DNA of 64,000 bases. It comes from Rhodospirillaceae bacterium UBA4468. Lineage in GTDB: Bacteria; Pseudomonadota; Alphaproteobacteria; Rhodospirillales; Casp-alpha2. Positions 1 to 10,125 of this stretch are shown here, piece after piece. The notes below the pieces were generated by a model, which did not search any database, was not told the origin of the DNA, and saw only the letters and a program-made list of their open reading frames with translations. The DNA lies in NCBI GenBank assembly GCA_002389385.1, contig DGOK01000054.1:1258-65257 (forward strand), in the 5' to 3' direction. A program made the position numbers and the translations under genes. Positions within the stretch are counted from its first letter, which is position 1; every line of letters starts with the position of its first letter.

Positions 1-191
1 ACTTATGAATTTAACCAGTCTTATTCTGGCAGAGGAACTTTAATTAGTACATTGCCATGTTCGAATATACGCATGCTCAAATCGAAAATACTTGGTTTGA
101 AGCATTTATGTGAATATGTGCTCGTTTCCTCATTTGACATCAGGCACCGTGCCACTAACGTTCGATGGCCGAAGATCATCAGGACTAAATC

Positions 192-1913
192 ATGCGCCAA
201 CGAAAACTTTCCCAATTTACATTCCTACTCGTCATGACCGCATTCCTCAGCGCCTGCGACGATACAATTGATATTTATGATCACCGCCGCGGTGATGCTG
301 AAAATTATATGATTGCCGTTGCGCATCCGCTGGCAGCCATCGCTGGACGAGACATACTGGCCCAGGGCGGCAGTGCCGTCGACGCGACAATTGCCGCAGA
401 AATGGTTCTAACTCTTGTTGAGCCTCAATCATCTGGCATAGGTGGCGGCGCATTCCTAGTCCATCATGATGCATCCAAATCTGAATTTGAAACCTATGAT
501 GGCCGTGAAATGGCCCCCGCCTCAGCACATCCAGAAATGTTCTTAAAAGACGACGGCACGCCCATGGATTGGCCAGGCGTTGCCCTTGGTGGCCATGCTG
601 TTGGCGTCCCCGGACTTATTCGAATGCTCGCGATGGCACATGCCGAACATGGCGTCATGGCGTGGGAAGATTTATTCCAACCTGCGATAAAACTGGCAGA
701 AAACGGCTTCTACGTCACACCGCGACTAGCTGGTTTATTAGCGAACGATACCGAATTGCGGACTGTTCCTGGGACACGAGAGTATTTTTATCCGAACGGC
801 GAGCCCCTAGAAGAAGGTGATCTTCTTAAAAACCCGGCACTTGCAAAAGTTTTGCGCCAAGTTGCCTCAACTGGGCCCAATGCTTTTTATGCGGGCGAGA
901 TCGCAAAAGGCATTGCTCAAGCCGTCTCGAACGCCCTGGTAAATCCAACGCCTATGACACCTGGCGATCTGGCAGGCTACGTCGCAAAAAAACGCCCACC
1001 CGTTTGCGCAACCTACCGAATGCATCGCGTATGTGGGATGGGGCCACCGTCATCTGGCGGCATCCTCGTTGCACAAACATTAGGTATTCTGGATCATTTT
1101 GATCTCAGCCAGTATGAGCCGTTTTCCGTTGAGGCGGTGCATTTGATTATAGGTGCAAGCCAGCTCGCCTTTGCGGATCGTAATTTTTATGTCGCAGATA
1201 GTGATTTCATTCCAGTACCTGTCGCCGCGCTGGTCGACCCCAATTACCTGGCTGAGCGCGCAAGCCACATTGACCCAGACAAAGCGATGCAGAATGTCCG
1301 CCCCGGGCGCCCAGGACGCAGTGCATGGAACTGGCGTGCGAGCCCAGAAACTGAAAAAGGCCTGTCGACGACGCATTTCAGCGTCCGCGACCAATATGGC
1401 AATATTGCCTCGATGACTGCCAGCATTGAACGCGCATATGGCTCGAAGCATATGACACAGGGCTTTTTGTTAAATAATCAGCTGACTGATTTTTCATTCA
1501 AGCCGACACACATGGGACACCCAGTTGCGAATGCAGCGGCCCCACAAAAGCGACCTCGGAGCACCATGTCTCCTACGATTGTCTATGATGCCGATAGAGA
1601 GCCAGTTCTGGCGATTGGCTCCCCCGGAGGCTCTCGGATCGCTGGCTATACGTTAAAAGCTATTATTGGCGTCCTGGATTGGGACATGCACGTCGCCGAT
1701 GCGATCGCCACACCAAATATCGTCAGCGGTGGTGGGCCCGTCACGCTTGAGAAAGACAGCGATGCCGAAGCGCTTAAACCTGCACTTGAAGCGATGGGGC
1801 ATAAAGTGAGAATTCGACCTATGACGAGCGGTCTCCATGGGATTCATTTCCATAAAGATCACATGACAGGCGGGGCAGACCCTAGACGTGAAGGCATTGT
1901 TCTTGGTGATTAA
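192..1913 (+). CDS. ggt: gamma-glutamyltransferase, lipoprotein-type signal
   Basis: 573-aa ORF. N-terminal signal ends in the lipobox LSAC. GGT autoprocessing region EKGLSTTHFSVRD and C-terminal GSPGGSRI / GGADPRREG motifs are present. Confidence 0.9.
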   Translation: MRQRKLSQFTFLLVMTAFLSACDDTIDIYDHRRGDAENYMIAVAHPLAAIAGRDILAQGGSAVDATIAAEMVLTLVEPQSSGIGGGAFLVHHDASKSEFETYDGREMAPASAHPEMFLKDDGTPMDWPGVALGGHAVGVPGLIRMLAMAHAEHGVMAWEDLFQPAIKLAENGFYVTPRLAGLLANDTELRTVPGTREYFYPNGEPLEEGDLLKNPALAKVLRQVASTGPNAFYAGEIAKGIAQAVSNALVNPTPMTPGDLAGYVAKKRPPVCATYRMHRVCGMGPPSSGGILVAQTLGILDHFDLSQYEPFSVEAVHLIIGASQLAFADRNFYVADSDFIPVPVAALVDPNYLAERASHIDPDKAMQNVRPGRPGRSAWNWRASPETEKGLSTTHFSVRDQYGNIASMTASIERAYGSKHMTQGFLLNNQLTDFSFKPTHMGHPVANAAAPQKRPRSTMSPTIVYDADREPVLAIGSPGGSRIAGYTLKAIIGVLDWDMHVADAIATPNIVSGGGPVTLEKDSDAEALKPALEAMGHKVRIRPMTSGLHGIHFHKDHMTGGADPRREGIVLGD

Positions 1914-3349
1914 ATTTCGTCAGTAATCGGCGATGGATGCTCTTCGATATCGCTGGGCAAGATAATCTGAAAAGTCGTTCCATTCTCATCACTTCGGGTC
2001 AACGTGATCTCGCCCCCATGCTCGTGAACGATATCGCGAACAATAACCAAACCAAGGTCCGTACCGCCTTTTCTGCTGGAGCTGGAAAACGGTTTGAACA
2101 AGTTCTCACTTGCTTTTTCAGACAACCCAGGACCGTTATCAGTTACATCAATAATAATCGTTTCATCTGAGAATCTTGAGGTGATTATGAGTTTTGCACC
2201 ACCCGCCTGAACCGCATTGCTGCACAAATTCGCGATACCGCGAAGTAAATGCCGACGGTCAGCCACAATATCTAACTCGGGATCAATATTTATATCCCAA
2301 ACTGTTTCAGAAAAATCATCCGAAAGTGACAAGTTGCTGCGCACTTCTTCGATAGGGTCATACAATCCAAATCGCCGCGGGCGTAATACCAAAGCATCAT
2401 CGGCTGCGTAGTTCAGAGTTTGGCGAAACAGATCAATCGCGCGGTCGATGGCCTTCATCAGGCGCGGCGTCACGCGCTTTACTTCTGGGTCTTCAATGTA
2501 TTGCAGCTTATCCGAGACCAAAACGGCGGTCGCAAGTGTATTTCGGAGATCGTGATTGATCTTGGCCATCGCCCCACCAAGAGCTGCCATGCGCCCTTGC
2601 TGTTTGAGAGATAGCTGAACTTGGCGCTGCATCTCAGCGAGCTCTAATTGAGCCGTTCCAATTTCATCACTGCGACCTGTGGGCGCAATAATTTTTGTTG
2701 CGTCTTCAGTATTGTCACTAAAACTCATCATAGACCGCGTAATGCGTTGGATAGGACGTACAATCATCCATTGCAGCGAGATATATACCATGGTCGCGGT
2801 GATAAATGAGATGACAATCGAAAGATTTAAAATGCGCGCGGAGAAATCAAACATCGCGTTGCGCATGGTCCGTTCTTCAAAAAGAACCTCAACAACGGCA
2901 TCGGGTTGTCTGGGCGGCATGCCAACCGCACGGATAACCCGATTGTCCGTGCGCAACATCGTATCGAAAGCATCAAAGACCAGCCCAACGAATGAAATAT
3001 CACGCATATCAACAGTAAGATCGACGGCCAGTGGCATATCCCCACCAACCATCAGCATCTTGCGATCTTCCCGCGCCACAATAATGGCCAAGGCATCTGT
3101 CTGAAATAAAAGTTCGTTCTCAAGGTCCTGATTGGGCTGTGTTTCGGGCATGGCATTCAATGCCAGTATCGCAAGGTGCGCACAACCAATATAGTCTTCC
3201 ATTTATGCCAATCGGAACCAGGCGATAGATGGCGTCCAGATCAAGACTTCTGCGAGCATCACAAAACTGACGGTCAGAATCAGAAGCCGTGTCGATAGGT
3301 TTACAAATCTTCTTGGCATCGATTTTTTTGTCTGATCTGCTTCGCTCAT
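1910..3349 (-). pseudogene. sensor histidine kinase interrupted by in-frame TAA at 3203..3205
   Basis: ORF 1910..3202 has the H-box INHDLRNTLATA, N-box NLCSNAVQAG, G1 DNGPGL and G2 GGTDLGL. A 48-codon ORF at 3206..3349 (MSEADQTKKSMPRRFVNLSTRLLILTVSFVMLAEVLIWTPSIAWFRLA, one TM helix) lies in the same frame, separated only by TAA, which is followed directly by ATG. Confidence 0.7.
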
Positions 3350-3367
3350 TGGTTTTCCAGCACTACT

Positions 3368-4795
3368 TTAGCCAAACATAGATAAGAAACGCACAATCTT
3401 CCGCGTCTTTTCACTAAATAGCGATGGCGTATAATAACTACCTGCTACCCGCTTATTCACTTCGCCAAACGTCGGATACGGCGCAATCATCGTGGCAACC
3501 CCACCAATCTTAATTTTCTGCGACATTGCTAAAACCCAGGTATGGATCTGCTCGCCCGCATGTGGCCCAACGATACCACACCCAAGGATAACACCTTTTT
3601 TGGTCGTTATCGCTTTGACCATGCCATGTGTTTCACCCTCAGCCTGCGCACGGTCGTTCTCATGAAAAGGCCAGCGCAAGACGCGAATATCATCGCCGTA
3701 TTGTTCTTTCGCCTGCGCTTCGGTCAAACCAACTTGGGCGAGTTCAGGAGAGGTATACGTAACCCAAGGCACCGAGCTGTGATCCGCCTTGGCAGGCAAC
3801 CGGAACAAAGCGTTCTTGATGACAATGCCTGCGTGATAGCCAGCAACGTGGGTAAACTGCAGCCCACCTGCGACATCACCAATAGCAAAAATCTTCTTGT
3901 TTGAGGTCCGAAGCCGCTTATCCACCTCGATACCCTTTGGTGAGTAGGTCACATTCGCGGCCTCAAGGTTCAAGCCGTTAACATTAGGCCGCCTACCCGT
4001 CGCCACCAAAAGATGCGAGCCATCTAACGTTTCTTCGCCCTCATCAGATTCAAGAACAACGGCAATGCCGTCACCAGATTTCTCAATCCGCGAAATTTTA
4101 ACACCTTCACGAATGACCAGTCCTTCTGCATCAAGTTGCGCTCTGACAACTTCAACCAGCTCTTGATCATCTTTCGGCATAACCTTGAATACTTCGAGGA
4201 CAGTCACATCACATCCCAACTGACGATGCGCTTGCGCAAGCTCGATACCAATGGGTCCACCACCTATAACAATTAGATGCTTTGGCAGCTCATCCGCATA
4301 AAAGACGTTTTCGTTTGTATAGAAAGGAACATCGCTCAAGCCTGGAATGGGTGGCACAAACGCCGATGATCCCGTTGCAATGACGAATCTCCGCGCCGTA
4401 ATGCGTGTGTCACCGGCTTCGACCTTATTCGCATCAACGAATTTTCCTTCGTCTTCAATGACCTGAACACCGAGGCCTGTAAATCTTTCAACAGAATCAT
4501 TAGGCGCAATTGCGCCAATCGCGCCGTGCACATGTTCAAAGACCCGCTTTGCATCAACTTTGGGCGCTCCCGCGTCGACCCCAAACCGTGCGGCATCTCT
4601 TATGTGTTGAGCCGCATGCCCTGCTGCCAATAGCGCTTTAGACGGCACACAGCCATAGTTCAGGCAGTCACCGCCCATTTTACCTTTTTCAAGCAATACG
4701 GTATCAGCGCCCATCTGCACGGCACCTGAACTGACCGAAAGACCGCCAGATCCTCCACCGATGACGCAAATATCTGTGATTATTGTTTTACTCAT
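3368..4795 (-). CDS. FAD-dependent pyridine nucleotide-disulfide oxidoreductase (dihydrolipoamide dehydrogenase / mercuric reductase-like)
   Basis: GGGSGG FAD fold, redox-active GGDCLNYGCVPSK, second Rossmann motif IGGGPIG and C-terminal dimerisation motif YPTFGE. Start placed at MSKTIITD (ATG top at 4795), 5 nt after the upstream gene's stop; the longer ORF start at 4858 would overlap that gene. Confidence 0.85.
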   Translation of the reverse strand: MSKTIITDICVIGGGSGGLSVSSGAVQMGADTVLLEKGKMGGDCLNYGCVPSKALLAAGHAAQHIRDAARFGVDAGAPKVDAKRVFEHVHGAIGAIAPNDSVERFTGLGVQVIEDEGKFVDANKVEAGDTRITARRFVIATGSSAFVPPIPGLSDVPFYTNENVFYADELPKHLIVIGGGPIGIELAQAHRQLGCDVTVLEVFKVMPKDDQELVEVVRAQLDAEGLVIREGVKISRIEKSGDGIAVVLESDEGEETLDGSHLLVATGRRPNVNGLNLEAANVTYSPKGIEVDKRLRTSNKKIFAIGDVAGGLQFTHVAGYHAGIVIKNALFRLPAKADHSSVPWVTYTSPELAQVGLTEAQAKEQYGDDIRVLRWPFHENDRAQAEGETHGMVKAITTKKGVILGCGIVGPHAGEQIHTWVLAMSQKIKIGGVATMIAPYPTFGEVNKRVAGSYYTPSLFSEKTRKIVRFLSMFG

Positions 4796-4799
4796 GTGT

Positions 4800-5567
4800 T
4801 CAAGCCCCTGGCGTGGCGGATTTACCACGACGAATGCGTTTATAAACCACTGGTACAAGCGATAATAATGCCAACCCTAAAATAGGGCCTAAAATTTGAG
4901 GCGTGAAGATAATACCCAAATCAGGTGTTCCTCCTTGCTCAAATACAGCGCCTAACCCGTTTCCAACACTGGCATATACCAGCGATCCCGGCATAATTCC
5001 AAAAAACGTTCCAATCATATATGTCCGCATTTTTACGCCCAAGAATGCAGGGACGAGATTAACCAGCCAGAACGGAAATAATGGGACGAGCCGCAGTACA
5101 AACATGTAACTGAGGGCGTTTTCATTAAACCCGGCTTCCATTTTTTTAATCGAGCTACCTGTTTTTGATCGAAAAAAGTCAGCCAAGGCATAACGTGCTA
5201 TAAGAAAAATTGCCGTCGCACCGAGTGTGGCGCCCGTCACGACATAAACACCGCCCACGACAGTGCCAAACACGAAACCGCCTGCCAACGTTGCCCAAAT
5301 AGCCCCCGGTAAAGACAAGGCAACCATGACACAGTAACCAGCAACAAATATCACAGCTGCCTGCACCTGATTCTCTGCAGTCCAGGTTGTAAAAAACTCT
5401 CGATGCTCACTAAGCGCCTGGAAAGAAAGGTACTTATTCAGCCCCAAGGCAAAGAATGCCGCGATACCAGCCGCAATAATAAGCAACGATAACAGCCGCA
5501 TAACCAATGATTTTTTTGGTGCCACAGACACCGTATTCATATTTAAATTTTGATCGCTCTCAGACAT
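4800..5567 (-). CDS. TVP38/TMEM64 (DedA-related) family membrane protein
   Basis: Multi-TM protein with the typical LRLVPLFPFWLVNL segment. Start placed at MSESDQ (5567). Confidence 0.75.
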   Translation of the reverse strand: MSESDQNLNMNTVSVAPKKSLVMRLLSLLIIAAGIAAFFALGLNKYLSFQALSEHREFFTTWTAENQVQAAVIFVAGYCVMVALSLPGAIWATLAGGFVFGTVVGGVYVVTGATLGATAIFLIARYALADFFRSKTGSSIKKMEAGFNENALSYMFVLRLVPLFPFWLVNLVPAFLGVKMRTYMIGTFFGIMPGSLVYASVGNGLGAVFEQGGTPDLGIIFTPQILGPILGLALLSLVPVVYKRIRRGKSATPGA

Positions 5568-5773
5568 GAGCGCCACTCCATCTATTAAAAAAAATTTCAC
5601 CCCTACAGCGATCAATCTTACGTTTTAGATCGACGCCAACCCCTGCGCACCAATGGCCCGCGAACATCGGCATTGTCGCAATATCGCCACCTTGAGCAAC
5701 CTACGTTACACTGACGCCTTTTCAAGTTCACGTGAGCAGGGTAAACAATTTCCAACTAATAAGCATGCGGTCG

Positions 5774-5802
5774 TTGACTTGCCTGCAACCAGACCGTATA
5801 CA
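5774..5802 (+). promoter_or_regulatory. candidate sigma70-type promoter for rpmH-rnpA
   Basis: TTGACT (5774..5779), a 17-nt spacer, then TATACA (5797..5802), about 27 nt upstream of the rpmH GTG. The SD GAAGGAG follows. Confidence 0.35.
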
Positions 5803-5828
5803 GCGGTCGATTTTGAAGGAGAAGTTTC

Positions 5829-5963
5829 GTGAAACGCACGTACCAGCCGAGCAAGCTAATTCGCAAGCGCCGTCACGGCTTCCGTCACCGTATGGCGACG
5901 GTAGGTGGTCGTCGAGTGCTTCAAAACCGCCGCGCCAAGGGCCGCAAGCGCCTGTCCGCTTAA
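5829..5963 (+). CDS. rpmH: 50S ribosomal protein L34
   Basis: GTG start, 44 aa: [44 protein letters not shown]. Below the 60-aa cutoff of the ORF track. Preceded by GAAGGAG. Confidence 0.95.
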   Translation: MKRTYQPSKLIRKRRHGFRHRMATVGGRRVLQNRRAKGRKRLSA

Positions 5964-5988
5964 GGCCAGCGGTCGTTCTTACGCCCGC

Positions 5989-6393
5989 ATGTCTACGTCC
6001 CCTACATTGCCACACATCACCCGCATAAAGCGGCGGCGTGATTTTTTGGCAACTGCTGGCGCAAGACGTAAGTGGGCAACAACGGGAATGGTTGTTCAGG
6101 TTCGCAAGCGCAGACCCGGTGAAGCCGGGGATGATCTTGTGCGTGTTGGCTTTACAACCAGCCGCAAAGTGGGCAACGCCGTGATGAGAAACCGCGCACG
6201 CCGCAGATTGCGTGCATGCGTGGACGCCGTACTTCCGGGTATTGTTAAACCCGGCCTAGACATTGTCATCATCGGTCGTGCCGCGACCACAGCAAGACCG
6301 TTCGACGCCCTAAAGGATGATTTCTTGAAAAGCTTGAAGAAATTAGATGCCGTTGATCGTATTACCGATGAGGTATCATGCAATGGCGTCTAA
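5989..6393 (+). CDS. rnpA: ribonuclease P protein component
   Basis: Basic 134-aa protein (RIKRRRDFL ... [21 protein letters not shown]) directly downstream of rpmH. Start placed at the ATG at 5989. Confidence 0.85.
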   Translation: MSTSPTLPHITRIKRRRDFLATAGARRKWATTGMVVQVRKRRPGEAGDDLVRVGFTTSRKVGNAVMRNRARRRLRACVDAVLPGIVKPGLDIVIIGRAATTARPFDALKDDFLKSLKKLDAVDRITDEVSCNGV

Positions 6394-6658
6394 AATCATC
6401 GCATGGCCGTTTCGCGCCTTAATCGCTATTTATCAATACTGCATATCCCCATTTATCGCGGGAGCATGCCGTTTTCACCCAAGCTGTTCTGCTTATGCAG
6501 ACGAATCATTTCAAACGCACAACGCATTCAAGGCAAGTATTTTGACTTTGAAACGTATCAGTCGTTGCCACCCCTGGGGGGGTTCGGGATACGATCCCGT
6601 CCCCGCAGCAATTGCGGTCGACAATGATGACCGAAAAGGGAGCCCCGAACGCTCATGA
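6383..6658 (+). CDS. yidD: membrane protein insertion efficiency factor YidD
   Basis: [23 protein letters not shown] ... [14 protein letters not shown]. Overlaps the rnpA end and the yidC start (ATGA). Confidence 0.85.
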   Translation: MASKIIAWPFRALIAIYQYCISPFIAGACRFHPSCSAYADESFQTHNAFKASILTLKRISRCHPWGGSGYDPVPAAIAVDNDDRKGSPERS

Positions 6659-8409
6659 CCGATAATAAAAACATGATCCTGGCTATCGTCTTATCGATTG
6701 CCATTCTTGTGCTTTTCGAGACTTTCTTTAATCCGGGGCCGACACCTGAGCAGCAAGCGGCGGCAACAGCAGCCCAACAGCAAGCTCAATCGGGTCAGGC
6801 AACGCCTGCAGCACCGAACGGTCAAATCCCAGCAGTTCCAGGCGGCGCGCCAATCGCGAGCTCGGCAGAATTAATAGAACAGAGCCGTAAAGCAGCCCTA
6901 GACGGCACCCAGCGTGTTCGTATTGATACACCTCGCCTACACGGCTCCATTTCACTTACAGGCGGTTTGGTCGACGATCTGACGCTAGCTAAGTATCGTA
7001 AGAGTATTGACCCTGAGAGTGACGAGATCGTGTTGTTATCACCACGTGGATCTGTTGGCGCCTACTATTCCGGCTACGGATGGACTGGCACCGAAGACCA
7101 GCCAATGCCTGGCCTGGATACAGAATGGACCGCGGATCGTGCCACGCTGACGCCTGACCAACCTGTCACACTAACCTGGGACAACGGTAAAGGGCTGGTC
7201 TTTAAACGTATCATGAGTATCGACGAAAACTATATGTTTGGTGTCGAGCAGCGCGTTCAGAACAACACGGGCAACGCCATGACGCTCTATCCATTTGGCC
7301 TTATCAGCCGCTACGGCACACCAGAAACAACAGACTTCTATATCCTCCACGAAGGACTGCTCGGTGTTACCGGCGGTCAACTCCAGGAAATTGACTATTC
7401 TGATCTGAGCGAAGAGCCTGCTGGCATTTCAGCTGAAACTACAGGCGGCTGGATCGGCATCACAGATAAGTATTGGTTGGCGACGTTAGTGCCTAATCAG
7501 AGTGAAACAGTACAAACACGCTTCCTACAGCGTAAAGAAGGCCTTGTAGACGTCTATCAGGCAGACTTCCTGGGTGCACCAGTTGTTGTCCCGGCAAACG
7601 GCACAGCATCATCAGCAAGCCATCTCTTTGCCGGTGCAAAAGAAGTCACACTGCTTGATGCGTATTCTGAGGAATTGGGTATCGAGAATTTTGACCTGGC
7701 CATCGACTTTGGCTGGTTTTACTTCCTCACCAAACCAATCTTCCTGACATTGCTTTGGATTAACTCCAGCGTGGGTAACTTAGGGGTTTCAATCCTCTTG
7801 CTCACAGTCGCCATTAAGGCGTTGTTCTTCCCGCTCGCAAACAAATCATATGTTTCGATGAGCAAAATGAAGAAGCTCCAGCCAGAAATGGTTAAGCTAC
7901 GCGAGCGCTTCTCCGAAGATAAGGTGAAGCTGAATCAGGAAATGATGGCACTTTATAAGCGGGAGAAAGTGAATCCGGCTTCAGGTTGTTTGCCCATTCT
8001 GGTTCAAATTCCCGTCTTCTTCGCACTTTATAAAGTGCTGTTCGTGACAATCGAAATGCGTCACGCACCGTTCTTTGGCTGGATTCAAGATTTGTCTGCG
8101 CCAGACCCAACATCGCTTTTCAACCTGTTTGGTCTAATTCCATTCACACCACCAGATTTCTTGATGATTGGCGTATGGCCGCTGTTGATGGGCTTCTCAA
8201 TGTTCATTCAACAGAAATTAAATCCGCAACCTGCAGATCCAATTCAGGCGAAGATTTTCCTCTTTATGCCGCTGTTCTTCATGTTCTTGCTGGCAAGTTT
8301 CCCAGCTGGCCTCGTGATTTACTGGGCTTGGAACAACACGCTCTCGATCATCCAACAGTGGATTATCATGCGGCGCATGGGCATTAACACAAAAGACGCC
8401 CTAAACTAG
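6655..8409 (+). CDS. yidC: membrane protein insertase YidC
   Basis: 584 aa. N-terminal TM segment, large periplasmic domain, and a C-terminal 60-kDa insertase core ([19 protein letters not shown]). Confidence 0.95.
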   Translation: MTDNKNMILAIVLSIAILVLFETFFNPGPTPEQQAAATAAQQQAQSGQATPAAPNGQIPAVPGGAPIASSAELIEQSRKAALDGTQRVRIDTPRLHGSISLTGGLVDDLTLAKYRKSIDPESDEIVLLSPRGSVGAYYSGYGWTGTEDQPMPGLDTEWTADRATLTPDQPVTLTWDNGKGLVFKRIMSIDENYMFGVEQRVQNNTGNAMTLYPFGLISRYGTPETTDFYILHEGLLGVTGGQLQEIDYSDLSEEPAGISAETTGGWIGITDKYWLATLVPNQSETVQTRFLQRKEGLVDVYQADFLGAPVVVPANGTASSASHLFAGAKEVTLLDAYSEELGIENFDLAIDFGWFYFLTKPIFLTLLWINSSVGNLGVSILLLTVAIKALFFPLANKSYVSMSKMKKLQPEMVKLRERFSEDKVKLNQEMMALYKREKVNPASGCLPILVQIPVFFALYKVLFVTIEMRHAPFFGWIQDLSAPDPTSLFNLFGLIPFTPPDFLMIGVWPLLMGFSMFIQQKLNPQPADPIQAKIFLFMPLFFMFLLASFPAGLVIYWAWNNTLSIIQQWIIMRRMGINTKDALN

Positions 8410-8418
8410 GCAACAACA

Positions 8419-9069
8419 ATGACACAGGACGCTCCGGAATACGATCAGCATGAACTGGAAGCCGGGCGCCTGCTCTTTGCAGGTGAGATCGACTTCGTGC
8501 TGGGTGCGCGTGCAATGGAGCAAATCCCGACGGGGAATATCCCCGAGATTGCGTTTGCAGGACGCTCCAACGTTGGCAAATCGAGTTTGCTGAACGCACT
8601 GACCGGTCGCAAAAGTTTAGCCCGGACGTCAAATACGCCTGGGCGGACGCGCGAAGTGAATTTCTTTAACGCCAAAGATCGCCTTATGCTTGCCGATTTA
8701 CCGGGATATGGCTATGCGCGGGTCTCAAAGACTGAAGTTGAAGGTTGGACCCGGCTGATTGAAGACTATCTCCGAGGCCGCGTTCAGCTTCGCCGCTGCT
8801 GTTTACTGATCGATTCCAGACATGGACTTAAAGATAGTGACCGAACAGCCATGGCAATGATGGACCAGGCAGCGCAAAACTATCAAATTGTGCTGACAAA
8901 ATGTGACAAGATCAAACCAGGCCCGCTTAAAAAGCGCGTTGAAGATATCACCTTAGAACTCGCAAAACATGGTGCTGCGCATCCGCAAATCATGTGCACA
9001 AGTGCGCGAGATGCAGGCGGTATCGCGACGCTTCGGGCTGAACTGGGCCGCTTAGCAGAACCATTATAG
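8419..9069 (+). CDS. engB: ribosome biogenesis GTPase EngB/YihA
   Basis: G1 GRSNVGKSSLLNAL, G3 DLPGYG, G4 TKCDK. Conserved position after yidC. Confidence 0.9.
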   Translation: MTQDAPEYDQHELEAGRLLFAGEIDFVLGARAMEQIPTGNIPEIAFAGRSNVGKSSLLNALTGRKSLARTSNTPGRTREVNFFNAKDRLMLADLPGYGYARVSKTEVEGWTRLIEDYLRGRVQLRRCCLLIDSRHGLKDSDRTAMAMMDQAAQNYQIVLTKCDKIKPGPLKKRVEDITLELAKHGAAHPQIMCTSARDAGGIATLRAELGRLAEPL

Positions 9070-9089
9070 TGTAAATATCGATCAAAGGA

Positions 9090-9120
9090 TTAGCGTTTCC
9101 AGAGCGCATACGCTAATTTT
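9090..9120 (+). terminator. possible intrinsic terminator after engB
   Basis: TTAGCGT ... ACGCTAA 7-bp stem followed by TTTT. The 13-nt loop is large, so this is weak. Confidence 0.3.
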
Positions 9121-9126
9121 CCCGCC

Positions 9127-10035
9127 ATGAGCAAGAAACATGATGAAAATCGCGAGGCTAACCTAGCCAAAGCCTTAGTTCTTTCGGAAGCCCTGCCTTA
9201 TATGCGGCGCTTTACCGGACGTACCGTCGTGGTCAAATTTGGCGGCCATGCCATGGGCGATACAAAACTTTTTGACCTATTTGCCCGTGACATGGTGCTT
9301 CTACGCCAAGTCGGCATCCGACCAATAGTTGTGCATGGCGGCGGACCACAAATTGGTGCGATGCTGGAAAAGCTTCAAATCAAGTCTGAGTTTATCGATG
9401 GATTGCGGGTAACCGATCAATCAACGATTGATGTCGTGGAAATGGTTTTGTCCGGCTCAATCAACAAAAAGATCGTTTCAGCGATCAATAATGCAGGCGG
9501 CACGGCCATTGGACTGTCTGGCAAAGATGGGAACCTCATTCGTGCCGATCGCTTAAAACGCACAAAGCGTGATCCTGATAGCAATGTTGAGCGGGTCATT
9601 GACTTGGGTCTTGTTGGCCAACCCAAAGTTATATCAACGGCTGTGCTCGATGCCTTTAAAGATAGTGACGTTATTCCGGTGATCGCACCAATTGGTACCG
9701 GGCCTGATGGCGAGACCTTAAATATCAATGCAGATACCGCAGCAGGCGCGATTGCGGCCGCAACACAAGCCTGTCGCATGTATATGCTGACAGATGTAGA
9801 TGGTGTCCTTGATGCGGATCAGAACCTCATTTCTGAACTTAAAGTTTCAGAAGCTCAGGCAGCTATTGAAGCTGGCGTGATCACGGGCGGCATGATCCCT
9901 AAAATCGAAACGTGCATTGAAGCTATCCAGGGTGGCGTTGATGGCGCGGCCATTATTGATGGGCGGATCAGCCACACCGTTCTCGTCGAATTGTTTACCG
10001 AAGGTGGCGCGGGCACTCTGATAACGCGCGGTTAA
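9127..10035 (+). CDS. argB: acetylglutamate kinase
   Basis: 302 aa. [17 protein letters not shown] and [11 protein letters not shown] motifs of the amino-acid kinase family. Confidence 0.95.
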   Translation: MSKKHDENREANLAKALVLSEALPYMRRFTGRTVVVKFGGHAMGDTKLFDLFARDMVLLRQVGIRPIVVHGGGPQIGAMLEKLQIKSEFIDGLRVTDQSTIDVVEMVLSGSINKKIVSAINNAGGTAIGLSGKDGNLIRADRLKRTKRDPDSNVERVIDLGLVGQPKVISTAVLDAFKDSDVIPVIAPIGTGPDGETLNINADTAAGAIAAATQACRMYMLTDVDGVLDADQNLISELKVSEAQAAIEAGVITGGMIPKIETCIEAIQGGVDGAAIIDGRISHTVLVELFTEGGAGTLITRG

Positions 10036-10125
10036 CGGACACCTTAAAGGCGTCGAACAAAATCGATTTGCCACACGAGGTCTTTTTACGGGACCGGGTA
10101 TTCACCATTATTTGCATAGAGCACC

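Noticed and set aside
1-191. TTCGAAT / TTCGAT T-loop-like strings in the first 190 nt as a tRNA fragment.
   Set aside because: The flanking bases do not form a T-stem, and no acceptor or anticodon arms could be drawn.
5616-5828. Possible chromosomal origin near the rpmH-rnpA-yidC cluster.
   Set aside because: There is no dnaA gene, no cluster of DnaA boxes and no AT-rich unwinding element. In Alphaproteobacteria this cluster is not normally origin-linked.
5728-6028. 95-aa and 98-aa ORFs overlapping the rpmH region.
   Set aside because: The region is explained by the 44-aa L34 gene (perfect family sequence, SD, GTG start) and the rnpA start. The long ORFs have no support.
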